Shown one piece after another: positions 30,900 through 42,984 of a DNA stretch of 64,000 nucleotides. How positions within the stretch are numbered: the first letter of the stretch is position 1; every line of letters begins with the position of its first letter. The DNA comes from the human T2T-CHM13v2.0 reference genome, Homo sapiens, in the NCBI RefSeq assembly GCF_009914755.1, contig NC_060926.1. One strand, written 5' to 3'. The translations under genes were made by a program, and so were the position numbers. The notes under the pieces are model-generated. The model did no database searches and had not been told where the DNA came from. It saw only the letters and a program-made list of their open reading frames with translations.

Positions 30900-31300
30900 G
30901 TTATTACAGGTTGGGTTTCCCACAAAGAAGATGGTGAGATGGAGACTGGCAACCTGTATGTTTACTAAAAAGAGCTGTTGGGATTAACACTTGTAGAAAC
31001 ATAGGAAAGGAGGTGGATTTGGGCAGAGGGAGAAGTTAAGCTTCAATGCAGGACCAACAAAGAATTCTACCTACCCCTCAAGTAGTTCTGGAGCTGGGAT
31101 GGCTTTTCTAAGTTGTCCTAAGTTGGAGCAAGAGAGCCAGGTCTTTATACTCAAGTGTTACTTGGCTACTGCACAGAGGTCAGTGACTGAGTAAACATGA
31201 TTTTGAGGGAGGCAGTTTTCTTCAGCTGAGCTCATCTCCAGACAGAGCTAAAAGCTCCAGACAGAGCTGAAAACTCCAGACAGAGCTTCTGTCCCCACAG
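30900..31300 (-). mobile_element. LTR16-family ERVL LTR containing three copies of a 19-bp repeat
   Basis: caggttgggtttcc..gggcagagggagaagtt..ctggagctgggatggc; ctccagacagagct x3 at 31236-31288. Confidence 0.7.
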
Positions 31301-32277
31301 AAGCCTAGTGTCCAGATAGGTCATTTTGGTTCTTCCTCTTTCTTTTTGTCTATATGTGTGACCTTCCACATATTTCTGTTCTTCCTTTCCATGCATGTAA
31401 AGGAAGTATGTGTATATACCAGTTTCTCAACACTTATCCTGACATATGCTTTTGGGTTAAAATATCCTTGAGGGCATAACTTCCACATTTTCCTTACTGT
31501 TTTATCTCAGTATCTGCTAAAATAAAACAGATGCACATGGTAGATGTTCAATAAATCACTTTCCAGAGTCAAAATGGGATTCAATCTGACCTCCAGGGCT
31601 TGCTGCAATCTGGAGCCAATTGTACATGACCACGTCCTTCCTTGTGTTAATCTCTGGTGAAAGAACTGCCCAAATTTTTCTTAAATTTGTTGATATATTT
31701 TTATTTTGCCTAAATCATCATTCCTTTCCTCATGGCTACCTCTACAATGCCAAAAGCAATCTTCTCTCCATCTTGAATCTTATCGATGAGAACATATATA
31801 ATTTTAACACTGTCATCACTGTCATCACTAAACTTCCTCCAAAAGTTCTGAATATCCATGCTTAATCTGTCTACTTATCTTTCACATTTCCAAAACATCA
31901 AATAAGTTTAAAGTAGTTTAAAAAAATGATGTCTACATGAGAATAATGTGAAAAGTTATTCTATCCTGTTCTTTCCCTAACAAACTTGCTACAAATGTAT
32001 AGCAAGATCCATAGGGAAAAATCTGAGCCCATTTGCAAATTGTCATATGAAAGCTGCTCAACTGCAGAAGGAAACTGAGATTTTTAAGTATGTGGAGTAA
32101 TTTTTATAAGTCACCATTTTAAAACCCCTTTAAAATGCTTGAGATTTCAGTTGCTAGGAGAAATCATCTTTAAACTGATAATTGTCTAAAAAGAATTCTG
32201 TTTTAATTAAATATTATTTAATTCCTTTTACTTCACTTAAATTTACTGGATTTTTTAAATTTATAACTCAGTTTGCC

Positions 32278-32846
32278 ATTTTTTTTTAATTTCAATAGCT
32301 TTTGAGGTACACATAGTTTGTGGTTACATAGATGAATTCTATAGTGGTGAATTCTCAACTTCTAGTGTACCCATTACCTGAGCAGTGTACACTATACCTA
32401 ATATGTAGTCTGTTGTCCCTCACCACCTCCCAACCTCCCCCAACCCTGAGTTCCCAAAGTCCATTATATCACTCTGTATGTCTAAGACATTTCATTCTTT
32501 TTCATGGCTGAGTAGTATTCCATGGTCTCTATATATCACATTTTCTTTATCCACTTGATGGTCAGTAGGCACTTAGGTTGCTTCCATATATTTGCAAATG
32601 TGAATTGTGCTGCTATAGACATATATGTGTATGTATCTGTGTCTTTTTCATATACTGACTTACTTTCCTTTGGGTAGATACCCAATAGTGAGATTGCCGG
32701 ATTGAATGGTAGATCTACTTTTAGTTCTTTAGGAATCTACATACTGTTCTCCATAGAGGTTGTACTAATTTACATTCCCACCAGCAGTGTAAGTGTTCCC
32801 TTCTGCCACATCCACACCAACATCTATTGTTTTTCCACTTTTTAAT
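32278..32846 (-). mobile_element. L1PB 3' end, 5'-truncated
   Basis: ttcaatagcttttgaggtac..ggttacatagatgaatt L1PB 3' UTR; TSD agtttgccattttt / agtttaccattttt. Confidence 0.85.
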
Positions 32847-33144
32847 TCTAGTTTACCATTTTTTCTAAGGATTTTTAGATATTTGTGATAATTAATTTGA
32901 TTTTTCAGTATCCTGTTAGAAGTTTTAGCTTCTCCCTTGACTCTTCTCTACCAGCTGAGAAAAGTTACTGGATGCCTTAGCAACTTTGACAAAACAGGCT
33001 GACACTTTCAGAAAAACTTAAATGGGGACAAGCAGAACTCAATAATAATATCCTATCTATTTCTAACTATAAGAAAAGTAAAACTCTATATTACTATGTA
33101 AACAAATTTAAAGTAAGTTTTCTATCATGGATTATACTCCCAAT

Positions 33145-33345
33145 GAGGCAGCATAATACAACCAGACAGACTGAGTTCAATGTGCTGACCAGCAGTGTGA
33201 CTTGGGACAAGTGTCTTTGCTGCTCTGAGCCTTGATTTCTTCACCTATAAAATGACAGTCTCTACAACCACCATGAGGATTCCATAGACACTTAAGACAG
33301 TATCTTGTACAGAGTAAGCAACTCAGAAAATGGCAGTTATTACTA
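33145..33345 (+). mobile_element. MIR
   Basis: tgtgacttgggacaagt..ctctgagccttgatttcttcacctataaaatg. Confidence 0.65.
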
Positions 33346-33487
33346 ACTTTTGTTTAGGGTAAATGCTTAAAATATATGAAATGTCAATTATGAACACACA
33401 CAGTGTAGTGTATTTACATCCATGAATTGAACATCAAGTTTTGTTTAATGATAATGGACTCCAGATTCATAATTAGGCAAGCAAATG

Positions 33488-33868
33488 CAGTAATCCCCCT
33501 TTATCCAGCGTTTCACTTTCTGAGGTTTCAGTTACCCATGTTCAACTGCAGTCCTAAAATAATAAATGGAAAATTCCAGATATAAACAATTTGCATGCTT
33601 GAAATTGTGCTGTTCTGAGTCGCATAATAAAATCTCTCACCATCCTGTTCTGTCTTCCACCCCACCCTCCACCAGACATGAATTATCCTTTGCCCAACCT
33701 ATCCACACTGTATATGCTACCTGCCCATTGGCCACTTAGTAGCCATCCCAGTTATCAGATTAAAAATACATAGTCCATACTGTATATACAGGATTTAGTA
33801 CTATACACAGTTTCAGGCATCTACTGGGGGTCCTGGACCATATTTCCTTCCAATAACGGGGACCACTG
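33488..33868 (-). mobile_element. MER44A (Tigger7 derivative)
   Basis: TIRs cagtaatcccccttta..cggggaccactg followed by TA. Confidence 0.8.
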
Positions 33869-34291
33869 TAATTAGGAAACACCTACTTCTTTTGTATATC
33901 ATGTCTTGGGCTCGCCTCAAAGTTAAGTACAAGCCAGCTAATTATTTTTGATGCTCTTTATTTTTTCCTTCTTAAAAGAATTAAGAAATTCATTTTCTTT
34001 TACTCTTAATAAATATCAAACTGAGGACAGGCCATACACAACTGGTTGTAATTAGAAATACACATAATCATTCCGTGATAAATTACTTTATTAATATGTT
34101 CAGGTGAGTCTTTCCATAGAGGAATATCCTCCACTAGCCATTTATCTTACATCTTTTTACTTTAGCATGCTACAAAGTACTAAAAATGCATACATTGCCC
34201 AGCAAATCCATGATGATGACCAATGAGAATATTTCCCTGGATACATGCTTTAAAATATTAGTAAGTATTTTCTTTTTATTATTATTAATGA

Positions 34292-34702
<411 letters not shown>

Positions 34703-37559
34703 TGACCAGTCACTCACCTTACATAAGAATTATCTGGCAACTTATTAAGTTAAATTATTACTGAAGGCTTGCTGCGTAGCTAAAGAACATCATCTGATTA
34801 GGTTCCATGAGAAATCAGAAAGTTTAGGAAAAGTCTGAACTAAACACCAAGCAACTGGGCATCTATTGATCTGGCTGTTTTTCTATTTTTAATTAGAAAT
34901 TGACTTCCACAGTCATTTTACATTAGTAACAGAGTAAAACAAGTGGAGCAGATTTGGAGTATTCAGACATTTACCTAAAAACCTGACGTACTATGATGTT
35001 TCTGCAAATGCAATATTAAGTGGAGCATTGAAGTAATTATCTGGATAATTAAAAATCTCATGATATGCTATCAAGGGGAAAGGGTGGGAAGTAGAGAATG
35101 GAGACTCAAATTACCCATTAAAAAATCATTACCTCTGTTTTAACCACTATTAGTTTCCAAATGGAATGCCTCATTTAGATGACAAGAATCTCCAAAACAA
35201 AGAAAATATTCCAATGTGATTATGTGATTATGTAATTGAAAAACAATTACTCATATCTATAAAAAGAGAGGAAGTATTTCTATAGAATCACAAGTGAAAC
35301 TTTGTCCAAATTATTTATGTTTTCCCACAGTGTCAGCCTTGCCCAAATTCAAATGCAAGCTCAAATGAGAAGCAATAAAACAAGATTTTCAACGTGTTTG
35401 AAATTCTATTAGACTGGCTTTCCCTCCGTTGCTCCCGCCAATGAGATCACAGCAGTTGTAAAAGATACACAAAAGTTAACTCCAAAAGACCACCGGAAAT
35501 TGGCTTGAAAGGGGAAGTAAACTTGGAATCATTAATTCAGAGATCATTGACACCATCAAAGCATTTCATTTTAGCCATAATATCGAGATTTACTAAATCT
35601 TTTCCCCAACGTGAAAGCTGATAGAATATAAGCTAGAACTAACTATTAATACAAGCCCAGACCTGACTTTCTACGTTCCTATTTAGTAGGCTTTGCCAGC
35701 AGCCTGTCTTCTCAGGACAAGAGGATAATGTCAGGTCTGGTCAGGACCAATCTAACCCATAGGCTATCACCTCACATGCATATAAATTATTCTCTTTGAG
35801 GGAGTCATACATTAAGCTTTCTTTTGACAATTTAACATGAAAAGTTGTGTCACACTGATCTGTTTCTGAGTTCACACTCTTTGAGCAGGTTGAATGAAGT
35901 AAAATAAACCCACCATCTGTTCCTGACACTTGTTTAATTTTGGAGGGAATCTAAAATTTGACTAACTCTGTAAAAGGAGCTGAGAAAATGTAAACAAAGC
36001 CTCTTAATTTAAAATTGACTAAACGCATGTTTTTCCTACTTTCAGACAATCTGCTGTCTTTCAGCTGTGCTTGCTCAATTCTGCATCATTCTGGGAGCCC
36101 TGGTGTCACAGCAGTGAATAGGCAGGGTTCAGTGGAGATGAGACTGTGCCAACCTGGCCTCCTTTGCAGCATACAAATAAGTGCCCTTATGAAAGATTAA
36201 TAATGCAGAGCACACCAAGGTAGACGGCTTGGCACAGCGCTGAATGCACATGAACAGAAGCAGCCAGGACTCGCCAACCCAAATGTGTCTGCACAGTCTG
36301 ACTGTCTACAAGTGTGCTTGGCCTCCTAATTGCCAGTCTCCTTTCCCATCACCCTCAAGGGCTTCATGAATAAAGATGAAGGACAAGCACTTTCTGCTTC
36401 CCTTTAGTACCTCAGCAGGTGCACACTTAATAAACTTTTTTATCTCTTTGGGTACAAATGACCTCAGAGATTCTGCAAACCCAAAACTGTCATCATTTTT
36501 TCTCTTTTTGTCTACAAAAATATGCCCAAGTTACTGAGGAAGAGGAGAAGGGAATGCATGGATGACAACAGTAAAAGAAACAAACTAATCTCAAATGCAG
36601 AATGTCCACGCAGAAAATATCCACCCACTGTGACAAATATGCCTTACTCCTTAGCAATCCATCTGCTACACTTACCAAAGAAAAGCCACCAAATTCAAAA
36701 ATGCTAAAAAGTGTTAGCATGTGATAAGGAGTCCCTAGTGTCTCCATGAAAGATGTACAAACATCTTTGGAAAGAGAAATGTGGATTGTATTAATTTGAC
36801 GGTCATCTGAAAGGATGGCTGGCCCCAAACCCAAGGGCTGAATGCAGCCTATGGAAGCTCTACAGGCAGCCATCAGGGAACACATCAAGAGAGAAAACTG
36901 ACTTTACAGAGCTTTTTCACATAGGGATTTACAATCAGATTTCAACCTTCAACAGACCCACAATAGTATTACAATATAAAGCCACAAATGTGTGAGTGAG
37001 CCAGCCAGCAACTGAACACATTTTTAAAGTCACAATGATCTAAAAGTGGATTTGTTTTTACATGTGGCAGCTACTTTCACTCCACAGTCAGTAGCACCTA
37101 ACTGGCATTTGCTAAATTTGTAGAATGAATGGGTGAATTAACAGTGATAAATTATGGATCTTGCCACTGACAGGGTTTTGCTTCCCAAAATGTTCACTGC
37201 CTCTTTCTTTCAAGCAGTTGGAATGGCTTCCTATGATGCATATACCAAAATTCATGGTAAACTATAAATAAGAGGGCAAAGCATGAAATTCAAGGGAAAT
37301 ACAAACTAAAGCAGAAAGACAAAGCAAGGCGAAGACAAAAATACAGATACATTGGATTCAGTTCATGATGACCCATCGAGTTTCTTCCAAGCTTCCTGAG
37401 AGTCAAAAGAAAGAGAAAACTTTATTCAGCAACACATACATGTGTGTTACCAGAGAGGATACAATATCCCAGTTCCACAGAAAAACCAAGTTCTAAATTA
37501 GGACTGGTATTACAAAAAAAATTTATGTGTGGTTTTACAGAGGGGATGCCTTGTCCTGC

Positions 37560-37950
37560 TGTTACACAAATATGTCTGGACTGCTCCTGCCTCCGGCCTT
37601 TGTAGCTACTGTTCTGTTGCCTGGAATGTTCTGTTCCCTGTAATTCACACAACTCACTCCCTCACTGCCTCAAGTCCTAGCTCAAATGTCCTTGTTTCAA
37701 TAGGACCTTTCCCAACAATCCCACTTAAAATTGCTAACCTCCATTCTCATCCCTGCACTCCTGCCCCCTTTTTTCCGGCTTATTTTTCTGCATAGCATCT
37801 ACCATCATTTTAACATACCACATATTTATTTTGTTTATTGGCTTACCACCAGCTAGAATGTAGGTTCCCCCAGACCAGAATTTTCCTCTGTTTTGTTCAT
37901 TGCTGTACCCTAGGGCCTATACCAGTATCTGCAAGTTTATTGAATGAATG
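37560..37950 (+). mobile_element. L2a 3' end
   Basis: gctgttctgttgcctggaatgttct-like core; ttgttcattgctgtaccc..ttgaatgaatg. Confidence 0.7.
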
Positions 37951-38170
37951 GATAAACGGACAATAGTCTAAACAATATTATTATGACAAGTGCAATAGTT
38001 TCCCATGGTGAAGTAATTCCAGTGGATAAGATAATGTGATCCTGTTATATGAACATCTAGTGATGTGGCTTGATCCTAGGTCAGATGTAAACCACCTAGA
38101 ATGACTCTTAATCATATCTGGTCACAGATTCCTTTGAGACTTAGGAAAGAGATAAACCTTCTAATACAGT

Positions 38171-38389
38171 TGCTATGGTTTGAATGTTTGTGTCTCCTCC
38201 AAAATTCGTATGTTGAAACTTCATCACCAGTATGATAGTAATAAGACGTGAGGCCGTCCCAGACACTGAAACTGCCAGCACCTTGATCTTGGACTTCCAG
38301 CCTCCAGAACTGTGATAAATAAGTTTCCATTTTGTGTAAATTACCCAGTCACAGGTATTTTGTTATAGCAGAACAAACAGACTAAAACA
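38171..38389 (+). mobile_element. MaLR LTR (MSTD/MLT1A-like), internally deleted
   Basis: tgctatggtttgaatg start; ttggacttccagcctccagaactgtga; gactaaaaca end. Confidence 0.8.
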
Positions 38390-38630
38390 GCAGTGTTATA
38401 CAATAAAAATATAATGTGAGTTGTATATCATGGTAAATTTTCAAGAAGCCGCATTTAAAAAGCTAAATTAATATTAAAACTATATTGTATATACCTAAGT
38501 TATTTCAACATGTAATCAGTATAAAATATTATTAAGGAGATATTTTATTCCCTTTTTGTAGTAAATCTTTGAAATCTGGTGTCTATTTCATTCACATTAG
38601 ACACATTTCAAGTGCTCAATAGCATACATA

Positions 38631-38769
38631 GGCCAGGTGCAGTGGCTCATGCCTGTAATCCCAACACTATGGCAGGGTGAGGCAGGAGGATCACTTGAGA
38701 CTGGGCAATTGAGGCTGCAGTGAGCTATGATAGCACCACTGCACTCCAGCCTGGGTGCCAGAGCAAGAT

Positions 38770-38775
<6 letters not shown>
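38631..38775 (+). mobile_element. FLAM (Alu monomer)
   Basis: Single Alu arm ggccaggtgcagtggctca..gagcaagatcctgtctc. Confidence 0.85.
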
Positions 38776-38866
<91 letters not shown>

Positions 38867-38898
38867 ATATGTATATATATATATGTGTGTGTGTATAT
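38774..38898. repeat. Compound microsatellite (TC)~20(TA)~18(TG)n
   Basis: Directly visible. Confidence 0.98.
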
Positions 38899-39626
38899 GT
38901 AACACACATAGCTAGTGGATACTATATTGTATAGCACAGCTCTAACCAGACAAATTTCATGTATATCCATACACAGAAAATTTCAAATATAATTCTGGGG
39001 GTCTCAGGCTCTGTGAAACCCATCTATGGATTCCAAAGGAATTCTAGACTCTAGTTAAGAATCTTTAATGGGATTGAGAGAAAATATCTACTGGAAATCA
39101 GTTATTCCACAACAGAAACTTATTCATTCCTTCACACATTCATTATTAATCCATAAACATGTACATTCTTATGCAGGTCCTTTACTTGGCCCTGAGACAC
39201 ATGGTAATATATTTAATCCTGATACTTCAAATGAGAATAGTCATTTCTGACTTTCCTGTCCCAGGAACCTAGAAAATAATTCAGTAAGCTCAGACAAGAC
39301 ACCAAACTTTCCAAAGGAGTCTGTTTTTTTCCCAACTCTAAATATAATTCTTCTTAGCCTCCTTGTAAAATGATGTACCTTTAAGTCTATAATTGCTACA
39401 TTACTTGTGATGTGCCTTTTGGGAGAGAAAACAGCCTGAAGTTTTATAGCTCCCAGTCCCCAACCAGCTATATGCCATAAAATAAAATGGGTCTCTCCAG
39501 TGGGTTGGACCAGATCTGGCCTTTCCAAAACAGCAAGGTGACCCATCCTTGGTCACCACCTGCACATTTGTTAAGACTCAGCTGAAATATTACTTTCTCT
39601 GTAATAAACCTTGGAACTCCTCAAAG

Positions 39627-39801
39627 TAGGACTGCCAGATAAAACACAGGATGCTCAGAAAACTTACATTTCAAATTTTTAAAAAACAATTTTTATCTGA
39701 TTTTTCTATGCAATATTTGGGACATACTTACATTTAAAAAATACTGTTAATCTAAAATTTAAATTTAATTTTATTTTTATTTGTTAAATCTGGTAACCCT
39801 A
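39627..39801. mobile_element. MER53 hAT MITE
   Basis: TIRs taggactgccagat..atctggtaacccta; 8-bp TSD cctcaaag/ccacaaag. Confidence 0.8.
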
Positions 39802-40270
39802 CCACAAAGACAAATTCATTTTCCCCCCTCTTAAAGATAAATATAAATCTACAGTCCTTTAAGCAAAACCTTGGAGCCAGAAAGCTGCTCCCATCCTCAT
39901 TACAACTAGATCGGCAAGGAATTTCTGCCTAGGTGGAGCTGGCTGTGAGGACACACAGCACCATCAAAGAGGAGTGGTGAGAGAGGTCCACATCTAGTGG
40001 CGGTGGCAGTGAAAGTGACAGTGTTGGCAGTAGGCCACCTGGAAGGGCCGATGGTTCTATTGGCTAAAGTTGCAGTTGTCATCAGGACAAACCTATTCTT
40101 AGCTGAAGTTGTGTACCTGTGAACACTGACCAAAGACAGCCCAAGCTAGCAACACATTCCTGGTCAATCCTGACACTGTATGCATGCAGCAAGGAGATAC
40201 AAAACGACCCAGCAGAAAGTAAAAGCAAGGCAGATTTGAAAACAGCCTTAATTTGATCGTGCTCTAATAT

Positions 40271-40275
40271 GCGCG

Positions 40276-40329
<54 letters not shown>

Positions 40330-40340
40330 CACACACACAC
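40271..40340. repeat. (GC)7(AC)n alternating purine-pyrimidine microsatellite
   Basis: Directly visible. Confidence 0.98.
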
Positions 40341-40374
40341 TCCAGCAGATGACAGAAGGCTTTTTTTCTTTAAA

Positions 40375-40500
40375 AATAGACATTTATTTTCTTACAGCTC
40401 TGGAGGCTAGAAGTCTGAGATGAAGGCGTCAGCAGGAGTGGTTTCTTCTGAGGCCTCTCTCCTTGGCTTGTATGTGTCTTCACATGGTTGTCACTCAGTG
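40375..40500 (-). mobile_element. MLT1 LTR fragment
   Basis: catttattttcttacagctctggaggctagaagtctgagatgaagg. Confidence 0.65.
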
Positions 40501-42657
40501 TCTTGGGTCACAGTCTTAGTATAAATTCCATTCTATCAGTGGCTAGCCAATAAGCTATGTATGCAGACACACATGATGCCTAGGAAGCCATGCTTAAAAA
40601 TAAAAATGAGAACTTAAAAAAAAATGAGCAAAAACATCAGTGGCTACACACAGTGGGGGAGACAAGTTTTTCAAATCCCAGGCAATTGTTAAACCAACAG
40701 CAACACAACTTTAGGGGACATGAGAGAGCAGGAAATCAGAATTTATAATTGTTACCACATATTACCTAAAATGTCCAGTTTTCAACAAAAAATTATGAGA
40801 CATACAATGATACGGCCAAGTGCAACCTATACTCAGGGAAAAAAGTAATCAGTAGAAACTGTCTCTGAATATCTCCAGATGTTGGATTTAGTGGACAAAG
40901 ACAGCAAAGCAGCTATTACAAATATGTTAAATGAACAAACGGAAGCATATTTAAGGAATTAAAGTTTTTTTGTGTTCACACACACTAAGGTCTGTATATA
41001 TATAAGAATTCTACAGCTCTTCTGACTTTCCATGCAGTTGGCAGTACCTGACTGAGAGAGGTAAGTTTCCTGGGTATGCTATAATTTACCCAGGACAATT
41101 GCAGTAGACCAGAGATTGGTTCCTTTGCTTCTGTTTTGTTTTGTTTTGCTTTGCTTTTCCTTTTGCAGTGAGACCAGAAATTGGCTTCTTTGCTCGTTTT
41201 ATATATCTCATTGCATCTTATATCAGTACAGTATCAGTAAACACTAGTATAAATAGCAAACTTTCTATGTAGCACACCTGTTAGGTTTCAGTGTGACTTG
41301 CCTTCCTTTCCAGCAGCAGCCTTGCAAATGGTTTTGGTAAAGACATTCTGTGGGCAAATTACCAGTTTTTTCCATTTATTTGCTGTGTGACTTTGAGCAA
41401 GTTTCCTAACCTCTCTGAATTTTCTCATGTATAACACAGGGTTTTTAAAAAACTCTACCTTGTGAAGTTCTCATGTGTTCATTTAATAACTATCTTATGG
41501 AGCACCTACTATGGTCCAGGCATTACATAGGTGCTAGGGAAAGAGGGATGTACAGGACAAATAAGATACCTAGCTTTCATTCTATTGAAGTGGGGGTGGG
41601 GTGGGGGGGTGCAGACAGTAGAGAAGGAAAAAGATAACTAATTCAGTAAGATATTTTAATTGAGTGATGACTGTTATAAAGAAATTAAACTTCCTATTGT
41701 TTAACAATAAAGCAATAAGTAGAAAATCTCAATAAAGAGACAGTTTTTTAAGAACTAAATGAAAATTTAGGAGCTGAAAAGTATAACAATTGAAATAAAA
41801 AACTGACTAGAATAGCTCAGTGGTAGGTTAGTGACTGAAAATAAATCAATAGAAATTATCTAATCTGAAGATCAGAAAAAAAAGATTAAAGAAAAATGAA
41901 CAGAGCTTTCAACACCTGTAGGACAACATCAAGTATATCAGCATACATTTAATGGGAATCTCAGGAAGAAAGGAGAGAAAGAGAAAGGGGCAGAAAAACA
42001 TTTTTAAAAATTTTGTGGGAAATTTTTTTTTAAGAAATGTATCTACACATCTAAGGATCTAAACCAATCTCAAGTAGGATAAATTTAGATGCTTACACCT
42101 ATCTCATCATACTCAAATCATTGAGAGCCAAAAAGAGAGAGAAATAATTCATTTAAATAGAAAGACAAAAATAATTCATCGTGTACAAGGGACCATTAAT
42201 GTGAACTGACTTCTCATCTGAAACAATGAGAGCCAAAAACAGGGGAATAGTCCATATGCTGAAGAAAAGAAAAAAATGTCAGCTGAGGATTCTATACTCA
42301 GCAAAACTATCTCAAAAATGGAGGCAAGATAAAGACATTCCCAAGAAACAAACACAGAAAAGTTAGTGCTAGAAACCTGCCTTACCAGACATTCTAAAGT
42401 TCTTCATCCTGATAGAAAATGACACCAAACAATAACTTAAATCCATAAGAAGAAATGAAGTGCATTGAATATGGTAAATATATGAGTTAACATGAAAGAT
42501 TATTAATATATTTTCCTCATTTCTTTGTTTAAATTCCTTGACAAAATATGTGATTTTTATTCTAAAAAGAATTATAACATTGTATGGAGAGATGTAATAT
42601 ATGTAACAATAACAGTATGAAGTAATGGGGAAAAAATGGAGCTATATTGAAGCAAGG

Positions 42658-42969
42658 TTTTGTTTTGTTTTTCTTTTTTTTTTTTTTTTTTTGAGACAGG
42701 ATCTCATTCTGTCATTCAGGCTGGGGTGCAGTGACACAAAGATGGCTCATTGCAGACTCGGCCTCCTGGGTTCAAGTGATCCTCCTGACTCAGCCTCCTG
42801 TGTAGCTGGGACCACAGGTGTGCACCACCACACCCAGCTAATTTTTAAATTTTTTGTAGTGATGGGATATCACTTTGTTGCCCAGGTTGGTCTCAAATTG
42901 TGGGCTCAAGCAATCGTCCTGCCTCAGCCTTGTGAAGTGCCAAGATTAAAGACATGAGCCACCATACCG
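42658..42969 (-). mobile_element. AluJ abutting the NORAD retrocopy
   Basis: Diverged reverse Alu flanked by aaggtttt. Confidence 0.95.
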
Positions 42970-42984
42970 AAGGTTTTTATTGTA

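Larger units (their letters stand above)
38390..38945. mobile_element. MER3-like hAT-Charlie element split by FLAM and microsatellite
   Basis: cacatttcaagtgctcaatagc..gctagtggatactatattgtatagcacag; catacatag/cacacatag flank the insert. Confidence 0.65.

Noticed and set aside
36522-36707. Basic 61-aa ORF (MPKLLRKRRR..)
   Set aside because: No recognisable homology, splice context or TSD/poly(A).
38691-38970. ORFs with YIYI/ERER/SLSL runs
   Set aside because: Translations of microsatellites.
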